Shown here: positions 26,269 to 35,919 of the stretch, piece by piece
Numbering within the stretch: the first letter of the stretch is position 1
How the letters are laid out: each line of letters begins with the position of its first letter
Source: a virus
Lineage: Duplodnaviria; Caudoviricetes
Virus record (IMG/VR): IMGVR_UViG_3300034116_000182
Span: 1 to 56,547 of that record
Strand: one strand, 5' to 3'
DNA: 56,547 nt
Translations under genes and position numbers: made by a program
The notes under the pieces: model-generated
What the model saw: the letters and a program-made list of their open reading frames with translations, nothing else
What the model was told of the DNA's origin: nothing
Databases searched by the model: none

Positions 26269-29200
26269 ATGATCCCAAGCAAGCCCCCTATGGGCATCAA
26301 TGTAGCGAGCGATACCAAGGCAGGGCTGAGGTACGCTGACATGATTGTCGATGGGCAGAAGACCCTTGAGTCACGCAACAGCGACACACTGCGCCCATAC
26401 GTTGGTAAGCGCGTGGCGATTGTCCGCACTGGTGAAGGCAAGGCTAAGGCTATTGGTGAGGTTACTATCGGTGAGCCGAAGGTGGTGAACCAAAAGCAGT
26501 TTCGTGCGATGGAGGGCGACCACTTAGTCCCCAAGGGATCGAGGTTTGACATCAATACGCCGACCAAGCATTTGTACCCTATGCATGATCCTGTGCGGTA
26601 CGAAGAGGAGCGCGACGTTGGTCACGGTATCGTGTCGCGCAAGGTAATACATAAAGCTAAAGGTGGAGCAGTGAAACCTACAATAGATCAGATGCGCCAA
26701 GCACTGGCAAAGGGTGGCAAGGTCGAGGTACGCCCCACCGTCAAAGATGAGAACTTGATGCGCAAGATCCCTCAGATGGAAGCGGCGGCTAAAAAGGTCG
26801 AAGAGGGCAAGATGAGCCACGAGGCTTACGACAAGGTGGTTGCCAAGCACAAGCCTGTCAAGCCGTATGAGTTCGTACCACAGCCTGCGTCAGACGAGGA
26901 TGCTGACCGTGCATTGATGGAGAACAAGAAACCCCATTGGCGAGGTCACGAAAACTGGCCTTCAGGTCGCAAAGTTGGCTTACGGTTGGACATCCCTGCA
27001 TACGAGAATCACGGCGTTTGGGTTAACTCCATCCATGATGAAGAAGGTAAAGGCGACGACAAGCGCAACACATCGTATGGTTCAGTGTCGTCGGTAAAGA
27101 ACGCCACGTTTGATGCTGGCCCAAGCAAAGCGATTAAGGTTGCCACTGGTGAGCAGAACAAGGCACCGTTTGCACGTATCAAGGGTGAGCTTCACCATAT
27201 GAGCGAAGACGAGGCAGTCGAGCACATGCAGAAGAACCTGAACCACAAAGACTACATTCAAGTGGGCATGGATCCTAGGCGTCATGGCTACTTCTATGAC
27301 CGTAAGACGATGAAGCCTGTAACGCATGCCAAGCACGTTGTGCAGATTGGCCCATTGGTGCTGGCGCATAAGCCTACCTATGGTGAGCGTGAGACGTATG
27401 CCAAGGGCGGCAAAGTGCAACCAACTCAACATGAAATGCGCCAAGCACTATTGCGTAAGGCAAGCGGTGGAGTTGTGCGCATGGCTGGTGGTGGCATCCT
27501 TCAGGACGTCATTAAGAAACCCGATGCCTCAAAGCAATTAAAGGGAGTCGTATTGTCTGGTGCAAGCTGGCTGGCTGGTGATCAGAACACTAAGCTTGCT
27601 AATCAAGCCTTTGGTGAAGACGTTACGAACACAGCGGTAGGTGGGTACAAGACAGCAGATGTGCTGAACCAACTGAACGTATTTGAGAGGGATGGAGGCA
27701 CCTTCGCCCCCGGCACCACGGTGGTGTTGGACATCGGTGCTAACGACATTGCCACTGGTGTAGATCCGTCGATCACACGCGCCAACTTAGATGAGATTGT
27801 CTCTAGGCTTGGTGAAAGCGGCGTCAACATTATTATGTCTGCCCAACCGTTTGCTAACTCGTTTCAAGAAGCCATTGACAACCCCAACTTGGTGATGAAC
27901 GAGATGTACAGCGACATTGCGGCAAACAACCCGAACGTAACAGTCGTTGATGCAATGTCGGGGTTTTTGAATCAAAAGAACCTGATGGATGAGTCTGGTT
28001 TCCACTTAAACAATGAGCAGTCAAAAGCAGATTACATCAACAAGTTTGCGGATGCATACAAGGCTAGAAACCAAACAACTCCAGATGTTGTAGACACCAC
28101 GTCTACTAACACGAATCCTATTGGTGGATTGACAGCAACCACGCCAGCAGACAATGTGCAAAACAACACGAATCAGTTGGCAGACGCGACTAAACTAGTG
28201 TCACCATTGGAGCAAGCTTCATTGGTTGAGCAGACACCAACTCCACCAGAGCCGATACAGCAGGCGTCCTACAAAATGCCTGAGTACGACACAGAGTCAA
28301 ACCGCTCATTCAAGAATTTTGATGACTACGGCGGTGGCATGATGGAGCGAGCTAAAGGCGGTGAAGTAAGAAGCCCATTTGACTACGAGAACCCATCACA
28401 CGTTGAAAACGTCGCTGGTATTGCCGCCAAGCATAGGGACTTCAATCAGATTCCTGATGCGGCTAAACACTTGGCTGGCGTGTTATCGCAGGGCAGTTAC
28501 AAGTTTGTTGAAGACCCACGCATTCAGAGTGCCATCAAGCAAGCAGGTCACAACGGCTACTACATAAGTGGCAAAGATGGCAAGCAACAAATTATTCGCA
28601 AAGCCGAAGGAGGCGCTGTGTTACCTATTGAACAAGTCAAAGCTCAGATGATGAACCGATTCAAAGGTCTGAATCAACTCCAATCCATTGGCGCCGAGGA
28701 AGCCCCCAGCATGGGCATTAAAGCGTATGTACCTACCACTGGTAGCCCAGACGCTGGTCGCATGCCTGTAGGCGGTATTGACACGTCTCAAGGGGATCTG
28801 CCTGTTGGTGGGATCGACATGAGCAAGCAACAGCCCGGTCACCAATTGATGCCCAGCCAACCGGGTCAGCAACCCGGCATGGGGCAGGTGCCTATGGCTG
28901 ACCAACCCCCTATGGATAGCATGCCTGTAAAGGGCGCAATGCAACCACAGCAAGCTGGAAGCAACATCTTGAGCATGACCCCCCAAGGACAAGCGATGGC
29001 GGCTCTAAAGCCCCAAGGTTTGGCTAAGGGCGGTAGCGCTAAGTCAGTTGACGAGATGAAAGCTGAGTTGGCGGCTAAGAAAAAGGCACAAGCGGCACCA
29101 GCGGCAAGCGACGACGATGATGATGAAGAAGAGGTGAAAGCGCCGTCCAAACGCATTTTGGTTAAAGCTGAAGGCGCTGGCGGAGTGACTGGTATTGTAA

Positions 29201-30984
29201 TCCCGCACCATATGCTTCATGGTCGCAGTTGGATCAACAAAAAAGGCAAGAAAGTTGTGGTGCCGGGACTTAAAGACATCAACAAAGCACGTGCTGAAGT
29301 TTATGGTTCTGAGAACCGTGATCCCTTGAGCATTGGTCAAACGGGCAAGATCCATAAAGAAACACTTGAGGATCACTTTGCCAAGCCACTTAAAGACCAG
29401 TTAGCCTCAGAGAAGGAAGCGACTGCACGTTTGCGAGCCGCTAAACACTTGGGTTCCAAAAACAACACGTTGGACGAGTCTGAGAAGCTGGATACTGTGC
29501 GTCATGAGACGGACGAAGAGGGTCGTACCCACGTTGGATTTGCTTCTAAGGGTGTGGCAGGTCATGCACTGTACACATCTGGACACGGCAAGAATGAAAA
29601 GCATCACATCATCAACACTTGCCCCGGTCAAACAGAGGGCTGTGGTGGCGGTAAAGACTCAAAGGGTGTGATCGACACTAGCCGTGGTACCTGCTTTGCA
29701 CCCAATGCCGAATCACAGTACGTGCATGCGGCTGTTCGTCGTGCAACACACGAACAAGCCAAGCACGACCCCAAGATGACACGCGATTGGATTTTGGCTC
29801 ATACAGGATCAATGCGTGATGCGGCAAACAAAGCAGACAAAAGTAATCAACGACTTTTGTTCCGTCCTAATGTTGTGGACGAGACTGACGTGTCTTCACG
29901 CCACGTGATCCGTCACTTGAATGAACAACGTAAAGTAAACGACAAGCCACCAATTATTGCTAACTCATACGGCAAGACAAATGAGTTGCATGACCCTGAG
30001 AATGGTTACCATGTGACGCATTCGAACGTAGGCCCAAAGGTCAAGAAGGGTCAAGAGATCAGCGAGAATATTGCTCGCGACAAAGCCCGTGTTCGCAACA
30101 CCATAATGGCGTCTGACAACAAGGGTGACTTTAAAAACGAACAGGGTCACAAGACGCCACCAAAGGGTTCGTACATGGTGACTGACGTTAAGCGTGGCTC
30201 TGAAATGTCTAAGAACATGGAGAAGCACATCACTCACGCCAAGTACTGGACGACTGGACGTGAACAGTATGAGTTGACACCGCAAGAGAAAGAAGAAGGC
30301 GCAGAAGGACATTTTGGTGGCAACGGCAAGCCTTCAAGCGAAGACGAGGCTCACTATGGTCATAAAACCATTGATGGAAAGCGTTATGACTACCAGAAGC
30401 AACACATCTTGCACCCACGCTTGGTGAACGTTCCTATTCGTAAAAAGAACAAAAAGACTGGTGAAATGGAAACTAAGGATCACATGATCCCTACAGATTC
30501 ACGTTTCAAAGACACTGAGTTCTTGCCCAAAAATAAATTTAAAACTAAAAATGGCAAAGACGCTGGTCACATCTTGATGACCACGCCTACTGAGTCCACA
30601 AGTAACATTGGTCACGAGACTTCATTCACTCACAATGTAAGCCCCAAGCACATCGAGCATGCAATTGAGAACAAAGGCGAGTACGAAATTGACAAACCAG
30701 AAGATCAAATTAAAGCTTCTAACAAAGAGTACCGCGCACCACAATCAATTAAGTTTTATGCTGGAGGCGGTCAAGTTGGTGGTCGTCACATTGGCTTTAG
30801 CGATGATGATTTCCATGCGTTCCCTGAGCAAAACGTGGTTGCACAACGTCACTTAGCTATGCGTGGACATGATCATGAACCAGTTGCAAAACACGGTTTG
30901 TCGAATACCAAACGCAAAGTTACAATGAACAAAGACATGGACACCATGTTGTTAGAACTGACACGTAACAAGAAAGCCAAATGA
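26269..30984 (+). CDS. Multi-domain (polyvalent) protein, about 1571 aa: ASCH-like, unknown, SGNH hydrolase, unknown, GP88-like domains joined by AxGGxV linkers
   Basis: YADMIVDGQKTLESR (ASCH); GAS/G/GAND/GFH blocks (SGNH); CPGQTEGC...CFA...FRPN...NSYGK (GP88-like); AAGGA RBS before ATG 26269. Confidence 0.75.
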   Translation: MIPSKPPMGINVASDTKAGLRYADMIVDGQKTLESRNSDTLRPYVGKRVAIVRTGEGKAKAIGEVTIGEPKVVNQKQFRAMEGDHLVPKGSRFDINTPTKHLYPMHDPVRYEEERDVGHGIVSRKVIHKAKGGAVKPTIDQMRQALAKGGKVEVRPTVKDENLMRKIPQMEAAAKKVEEGKMSHEAYDKVVAKHKPVKPYEFVPQPASDEDADRALMENKKPHWRGHENWPSGRKVGLRLDIPAYENHGVWVNSIHDEEGKGDDKRNTSYGSVSSVKNATFDAGPSKAIKVATGEQNKAPFARIKGELHHMSEDEAVEHMQKNLNHKDYIQVGMDPRRHGYFYDRKTMKPVTHAKHVVQIGPLVLAHKPTYGERETYAKGGKVQPTQHEMRQALLRKASGGVVRMAGGGILQDVIKKPDASKQLKGVVLSGASWLAGDQNTKLANQAFGEDVTNTAVGGYKTADVLNQLNVFERDGGTFAPGTTVVLDIGANDIATGVDPSITRANLDEIVSRLGESGVNIIMSAQPFANSFQEAIDNPNLVMNEMYSDIAANNPNVTVVDAMSGFLNQKNLMDESGFHLNNEQSKADYINKFADAYKARNQTTPDVVDTTSTNTNPIGGLTATTPADNVQNNTNQLADATKLVSPLEQASLVEQTPTPPEPIQQASYKMPEYDTESNRSFKNFDDYGGGMMERAKGGEVRSPFDYENPSHVENVAGIAAKHRDFNQIPDAAKHLAGVLSQGSYKFVEDPRIQSAIKQAGHNGYYISGKDGKQQIIRKAEGGAVLPIEQVKAQMMNRFKGLNQLQSIGAEEAPSMGIKAYVPTTGSPDAGRMPVGGIDTSQGDLPVGGIDMSKQQPGHQLMPSQPGQQPGMGQVPMADQPPMDSMPVKGAMQPQQAGSNILSMTPQGQAMAALKPQGLAKGGSAKSVDEMKAELAAKKKAQAAPAASDDDDDEEEVKAPSKRILVKAEGAGGVTGIVIPHHMLHGRSWINKKGKKVVVPGLKDINKARAEVYGSENRDPLSIGQTGKIHKETLEDHFAKPLKDQLASEKEATARLRAAKHLGSKNNTLDESEKLDTVRHETDEEGRTHVGFASKGVAGHALYTSGHGKNEKHHIINTCPGQTEGCGGGKDSKGVIDTSRGTCFAPNAESQYVHAAVRRATHEQAKHDPKMTRDWILAHTGSMRDAANKADKSNQRLLFRPNVVDETDVSSRHVIRHLNEQRKVNDKPPIIANSYGKTNELHDPENGYHVTHSNVGPKVKKGQEISENIARDKARVRNTIMASDNKGDFKNEQGHKTPPKGSYMVTDVKRGSEMSKNMEKHITHAKYWTTGREQYELTPQEKEEGAEGHFGGNGKPSSEDEAHYGHKTIDGKRYDYQKQHILHPRLVNVPIRKKNKKTGEMETKDHMIPTDSRFKDTEFLPKNKFKTKNGKDAGHILMTTPTESTSNIGHETSFTHNVSPKHIEHAIENKGEYEIDKPEDQIKASNKEYRAPQSIKFYAGGGQVGGRHIGFSDDDFHAFPEQNVVAQRHLAMRGHDHEPVAKHGLSNTKRKVTMNKDMDTMLLELTRNKKAK

Positions 30985-33500
30985 TGGACGAACTTGACCC
31001 AACACAAGATCCCATGATCACTGAGAATGAAGACGGCAGTGCTGATGTAGATCTGCCTGATGATCTGTCTGAGATCGAGGAGATGCCTGATGGATCGGCT
31101 GTTGTCACGATGCCTGACGGTGGCCCTGAAGAAAATCCAGACTTCTACTCCAACATGGCGGAGTCATACGACGAATATGATCTGTCTAAGTTGGCTATGC
31201 GTTATACCGACTTGCTCAAAACTGACAAGTCAGCGCGTGAGCAGAGGGATAAGCAGTACGAAGAGGGTATCAAGCGCACGGGTATGGGCAATGATGCGCC
31301 CGGCGGCGCCACCTTCATGGGTGCCAGCAAGGTAGTTCACCCTGCTATGGCTGAGGGCTGTGTTGACTTTGCCGCCAAAGCTATTAAAGAGATGTTCCCA
31401 CCTGACGGCCCTGTTCGCACTAAGGTGCTGGGCAAGATGGACGACATTAAATCTGAGAAGGCAGAGCGCAAACGCGACTACCTAAATTGGCAGATCACTG
31501 AGCAGATCGAGGAGTTCAGGGATGAGCAAGAGCAGTTGCTGACGCAGTTGCCATTGGGTGGCTCACAGTACTTCAAAATTTGGTTTGACGAGCAGAAGAA
31601 ACGTCCCTGCGTGGAGTTTGTTCCAATTGACAGGATCATTTTGCCGTTTGCCGCGAGTAACTTCTACACAGCACAACGTGCCGCTGAGGTTCATGAGATC
31701 ACCGCATGGGAATTCAATCGTCGAGTAGCCAGCGGTATGTACCGCAACATCGACATGATCCCCAACACGATGGAGCCTGAAATGTCGAAGGCTCAGAAGG
31801 CGACCAATAAGATTGAAGGTAAGAAGTTTGAAGACAACGACGATGGTTTGCGTAACGTCTACCACATCTACACTTACTTGGAGTTAGAAGAAGACAAGTA
31901 CACCAAGGGTGAGATGGCTCCTTACATCATAATGATTGACGAGTTGGACAACGAAGTCATTGGTCTGTACCGTAACTGGGAAGAGCAAGACGAAACGATG
32001 ACCAAGCTTGATTGGATTGTGGAGTTCAAGTTCATTCCTTGGAGGGGTGCATATGCGATTGGATTACCTCATCTTATTGGCGGTCTGTCTGCCGCTCTTA
32101 CAGGCTCTTTACGCGCTTTATTGGACTCTGCCCATATCAATAATGCCGCAACCATGCTCAAGCTCAAGGGCGCAAAGATGTCTGGTCAGTCACAACAGGT
32201 GGATGTGACGCAGATTGTGGAGATTGAGGGAGCGCCGGGCGTCCAAGACATTCGCCAGATCGCCATGCCCATGCCGTTTAACCCACCTTCAGAGGTCTTA
32301 TTTAGGCTCCTAGGCTGGTTAGATACAGCGGCGAAGGGGGTAGTGTCCACCTCAGAGGAAAAAATTGCTGACGTCAACGCTAATGCCCCTGTAGGCACCA
32401 CTCAAGCATTGATTGAGCAGGGAGCGGCGGTGTTCTCATCGATCCACGCACGTTTGCATGAGTCACAAGCGCGTGTATTGAAGATCTTGTGCCGGCTAAA
32501 CCGTTGGCACTTTGACGAGATGCGCAAGTCTGACGTGGTTGCAGATCTGGAGATCAGCCGCGAAGACTTCCAAAAGAACACGGACGTAATTCCTGTATCT
32601 GATCCGCATATCTTCTCTGAGACACAGCGTATGGCTCAGATGCAAGCTGTGTTGTCATTAGCAGATAAACACCCTGAGCAGTTCAACATGAACAAGGTGT
32701 TGGCTCGCTCGCTCAAGCAGATGAAGATACCTAACATCAATGAATTGATGAAGGATGTCCCATCGCCTGAACAGCGTACTTCTGCTGACGAGAATGCGGC
32801 TATGTTGATTGGTCAGCCAGCGTATGCGTACATGCAACAGGATCACATTGCTCACATTCAGGATCACTTGCAATTTGCGATGAACCCATTCTTGGGCCAG
32901 TCACCGTTTGCAGATCCCGGCTACCTGAACAACCTGATCGAGCACATTAAGCAACACATGACCTTGTGGTACTTGAACCGCAGTAACGGTTACGTGGCTC
33001 AGTCTCGCAACGGTAAGCCCGTGGACAACTACGATGATCCAATGCTCACAGGCACCATTGACCAGCTTTACACGGCTGTTGGTGCTCACGTTGGCATGGA
33101 TACAAAGGAAGTGTTTGAGCAGTTTGCTCCAGCGTTCCAAGCGCTTATTCAGCAAGCACAGAAGCGCAAAGATGCACAGAAGCAAGTGCTACCGCCAGAT
33201 GCACAAGTTGTCAAAGACACAAACATGGCAGAGACTCAGCGCAAGACGCAAGAGGATCAAGCTCGTTTGCAACTCGACACTCAAAAATTGCAGATGGATA
33301 TGCAAAAGCACCTCGAAGACAACAAGACAAAGATTGCCATCGAGAATGCAAAGCTGACACATCAAACGATTACGGATATTGCAACTACGCAAATGCCCGA
33401 AACCGCGCCTACAATGGGCGCACCAATGGCAGAGATGCCGCAACAAGGTATGCCAGAAGGCATGCCACAACCTCAAGGAGTTCCAAATGTCAACATCTGA
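30981..33500 (+). CDS. Portal protein
   Basis: 839 aa after TerL; HP.MAE.CV.F.A.A..E.FP..GPVRTKV, LPL.GS...K, APVGTT.ALIEQG motifs. Confidence 0.9.
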   Translation: MMDELDPTQDPMITENEDGSADVDLPDDLSEIEEMPDGSAVVTMPDGGPEENPDFYSNMAESYDEYDLSKLAMRYTDLLKTDKSAREQRDKQYEEGIKRTGMGNDAPGGATFMGASKVVHPAMAEGCVDFAAKAIKEMFPPDGPVRTKVLGKMDDIKSEKAERKRDYLNWQITEQIEEFRDEQEQLLTQLPLGGSQYFKIWFDEQKKRPCVEFVPIDRIILPFAASNFYTAQRAAEVHEITAWEFNRRVASGMYRNIDMIPNTMEPEMSKAQKATNKIEGKKFEDNDDGLRNVYHIYTYLELEEDKYTKGEMAPYIIMIDELDNEVIGLYRNWEEQDETMTKLDWIVEFKFIPWRGAYAIGLPHLIGGLSAALTGSLRALLDSAHINNAATMLKLKGAKMSGQSQQVDVTQIVEIEGAPGVQDIRQIAMPMPFNPPSEVLFRLLGWLDTAAKGVVSTSEEKIADVNANAPVGTTQALIEQGAAVFSSIHARLHESQARVLKILCRLNRWHFDEMRKSDVVADLEISREDFQKNTDVIPVSDPHIFSETQRMAQMQAVLSLADKHPEQFNMNKVLARSLKQMKIPNINELMKDVPSPEQRTSADENAAMLIGQPAYAYMQQDHIAHIQDHLQFAMNPFLGQSPFADPGYLNNLIEHIKQHMTLWYLNRSNGYVAQSRNGKPVDNYDDPMLTGTIDQLYTAVGAHVGMDTKEVFEQFAPAFQALIQQAQKRKDAQKQVLPPDAQVVKDTNMAETQRKTQEDQARLQLDTQKLQMDMQKHLEDNKTKIAIENAKLTHQTITDIATTQMPETAPTMGAPMAEMPQQGMPEGMPQPQGVPNVNI

Positions 33501-33633
33501 TCAAGAACAAAAGAGCGTGTTGGTTCCCCAGCACAAGCGCTTGGCTATGGGCGAGAAGCTCTCAGGCCAAAGCATGCAACCTAAGGGTAACGGTAAGCCC
33601 CAAGGTGGTTTGTCTCAAGCTAAGAAAAAATGA
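33487..33633 (+). CDS. Small basic protein, 48 aa
   Basis: AAGGAG RBS; VPQHKRLAMG motif. Confidence 0.65.
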   Translation: MSTSDQEQKSVLVPQHKRLAMGEKLSGQSMQPKGNGKPQGGLSQAKKK

Positions 33634-33812
33634 TTGAACAATTGATCCATGTGATCAAGATTCGACAAGCAGAATTGGCGCAGTCCCTTGCCTTGGGGAA
33701 TGCGTTCAACTGGGAGTCATACCAACGGATGGTCGGTGAGTATCAGGGGTTGAAGTACACCCTTGATTCACTGGACAACATCCTGCAAGAGCAAGAAGGT
33801 AGAGAAGATTAA
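33630..33812 (+). CDS. Small conserved head-module protein, 60 aa
   Basis: W.SYQRMVG.YQGL motif typical between portal and GroES in such phages. Confidence 0.75.
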   Translation: MIEQLIHVIKIRQAELAQSLALGNAFNWESYQRMVGEYQGLKYTLDSLDNILQEQEGRED

Positions 33813-33892
33813 CCCCAATCCTTGGGGCTAAAGGCCGCGCTGAAAAGTGCTTTAACGATGCACCTGAAATATGGTGATTTTTAGGAGTGAGT

Positions 33893-34351
33893 ATGAGTGA
33901 GAAAGAAAAGATCCCGACGATTTCGGGAAGTGAAGGCGTACCCGATCAACAGGAGCTAAAGTGGGCTTTCCCCGACGTGAGTCCGGGTCAAAAGCCGTTC
34001 GGTGGTCGCGTAGTTGTACAGCTACGACGCATCAAAAAGACAACTGCCAGCAAGATCATTTTGGTTGCCGAAACCAAAGAGACTGAGAAGTGGCAGAACA
34101 TGATTGGTCGAGTGGTGGAGATTGGCCCTCTGGCCTTTAAGAACCGCGAGACTATGGAGTCATGGCCCGAAGGTAGCTGGGCAAGCGTAGGCGACTACGT
34201 GCGAGTACCTAAATGGGGCGGTGATCGTTGGGAGCGCGAGGTTCCTAACGAAGAGGGTAACGAAGACCCTGTTCTTTTTATGACCATCAACGACCACGAA
34301 TTGATTGCGAAAGTCACAGACGATCCGCTTTCATTCAAGGCTTATGTTTAA
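33893..34351 (+). CDS. groES: Phage co-chaperonin GroES (Cpn10)
   Basis: PFGGRVVV...TASKIIL...GRVVEIGP...VGDYV..PKWGG...IND.ELIAKV. Confidence 0.85.
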   Translation: MSEKEKIPTISGSEGVPDQQELKWAFPDVSPGQKPFGGRVVVQLRRIKKTTASKIILVAETKETEKWQNMIGRVVEIGPLAFKNRETMESWPEGSWASVGDYVRVPKWGGDRWEREVPNEEGNEDPVLFMTINDHELIAKVTDDPLSFKAYV

Positions 34352-34363
34352 TTGGAGAATTTC

Positions 34364-35335
34364 ATGAGTACTGAAGACAAAAAAGAAGTAGATTTGAACA
34401 TTGAAGAGACGAAAGACGGCTCTGCAGTGATTGATCTGCCTGAAAGTATGCTTTCTTCTGAAGATGGAGACGAAATTGCCGAGAGAAGTACTGGCGGTGA
34501 CGTATCTGCAGAAGAAGATGACCATCCTGATGACTCTGATGCTGTAAGAGCGGCAAAAAGAGCACGTCGCAGGTCTAAAAAAGACCTGATTCGCAAGACG
34601 AATGAGGAAAAAGACGCTCGATTGCAACAACTGCAACGAGAAAACGAAGAATTCAAGCGTCGTTTGTCTAATGTGGAGCGTGAGACTAAGAATAGTCAGA
34701 TCGCACGTATTGACAAACACCTAGAAGACCAGAAAGTGCGCTTGGAATACGCCAAGATGAAGCTGTCCGAGGCTGTACAAGCTGGTGACGGTGACGCGAT
34801 GGTGGAAGCGCAGACGATGTGGAACGAAGCGCAAGCCGCAGTGGGCGAATTTGCTCGTGCAAAGCAATCTGCAGAGCGTGAAGCACAAAATCGCAACGAC
34901 ACACCTGTTGTTGACCCTACAGTGCAACGCAATGCCGCTGACTGGATGCGTCGTAATTCATGGTATCGCCCAGATACCTCAGACCGTGACTCGCAAGTCG
35001 CCAAAAAGGTTGACGAACTGCTAGTTACAGAAGGAATGAACCCCTCTGATCCAGATTATTGGGATGAATTAGATAATCGCTTGCAAAAAGCATTACCACA
35101 CCGCTACAATGACAACAACGACAGTAATTCTGCTGTTAGAAAACCGAGGAACGTTGTGGGTAGTTCAGGTCGTGAAGCTTCAGCCGCATTTGGTGGTAAC
35201 AACCGCACACAATTCGTGCTTTCTCCCGAACGGGTCAAAGCTATGAAGGAAGTGGGCGCTTGGGACAACCCCACGCGCAAGAAAGCAATGATTGAAAACT
35301 TCATCAAATATGACCGTGCAAACGGCACCCGTTAA
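34364..35335 (+). CDS. Capsid scaffolding protein
   Basis: Acidic N-terminus, long coiled coil, W..RN.W, position before the capsid genes. Confidence 0.75.
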   Translation: MSTEDKKEVDLNIEETKDGSAVIDLPESMLSSEDGDEIAERSTGGDVSAEEDDHPDDSDAVRAAKRARRRSKKDLIRKTNEEKDARLQQLQRENEEFKRRLSNVERETKNSQIARIDKHLEDQKVRLEYAKMKLSEAVQAGDGDAMVEAQTMWNEAQAAVGEFARAKQSAEREAQNRNDTPVVDPTVQRNAADWMRRNSWYRPDTSDRDSQVAKKVDELLVTEGMNPSDPDYWDELDNRLQKALPHRYNDNNDSNSAVRKPRNVVGSSGREASAAFGGNNRTQFVLSPERVKAMKEVGAWDNPTRKKAMIENFIKYDRANGTR

Positions 35336-35355
35336 CTAATACTTGGAAAACTATC

Positions 35356-35904
35356 ATGACTGAATCACGTCTCAAAAAATCTCTCAACGCTGGTGGACGC
35401 AAGGATCGCGGAAGCGAGGATGCAACCCGCACAGCACCTGAGGATAAGTTCATTTCTACGCAGGAACGTCGCAAGATGTGGAGCGAGGAGTGGACGCAAT
35501 CAGCCTTGCCAAAACTGCCCAACATGGATGGGTGGCACCTTTGCTGGCTTTCGACAACCAACAGCTACGACTCCATCGATAAGCGGATTCGCCTAGGGTA
35601 CGTTCCAGTTAAATCTGAAGAGTTACCGGGGTATGAAGACTATCGCGTGAAGGCGGGAGAACATGTTGGGTATATCTCTTGTAACGAAATGTTACTGTTC
35701 AAACTACCTATGGATGTATTTCAAGAGATCATGATGCATCATCATCACGACCAACCTCGTGAAGAAGCTGAGAAGATTCGTGTTCAATTGGAAAGCTTGC
35801 AAGGTCAACGTGACAGCAACGGTAAGCGACTTGTGGATGTCGAGGGTGAAGGTATTGGTAATTTTGATCAACAGCCAAGCAAAACGCCCGTATTTTCGGG
35901 CTAA
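35356..35904 (+). CDS. Conserved head-module protein, 182 aa
   Basis: GWHLCW.ST...KRIRLGY.PV..EE; context. Confidence 0.7.
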   Translation: MTESRLKKSLNAGGRKDRGSEDATRTAPEDKFISTQERRKMWSEEWTQSALPKLPNMDGWHLCWLSTTNSYDSIDKRIRLGYVPVKSEELPGYEDYRVKAGEHVGYISCNEMLLFKLPMDVFQEIMMHHHHDQPREEAEKIRVQLESLQGQRDSNGKRLVDVEGEGIGNFDQQPSKTPVFSG

Positions 35905-35919
35905 CCAAAGGAGTCTATT

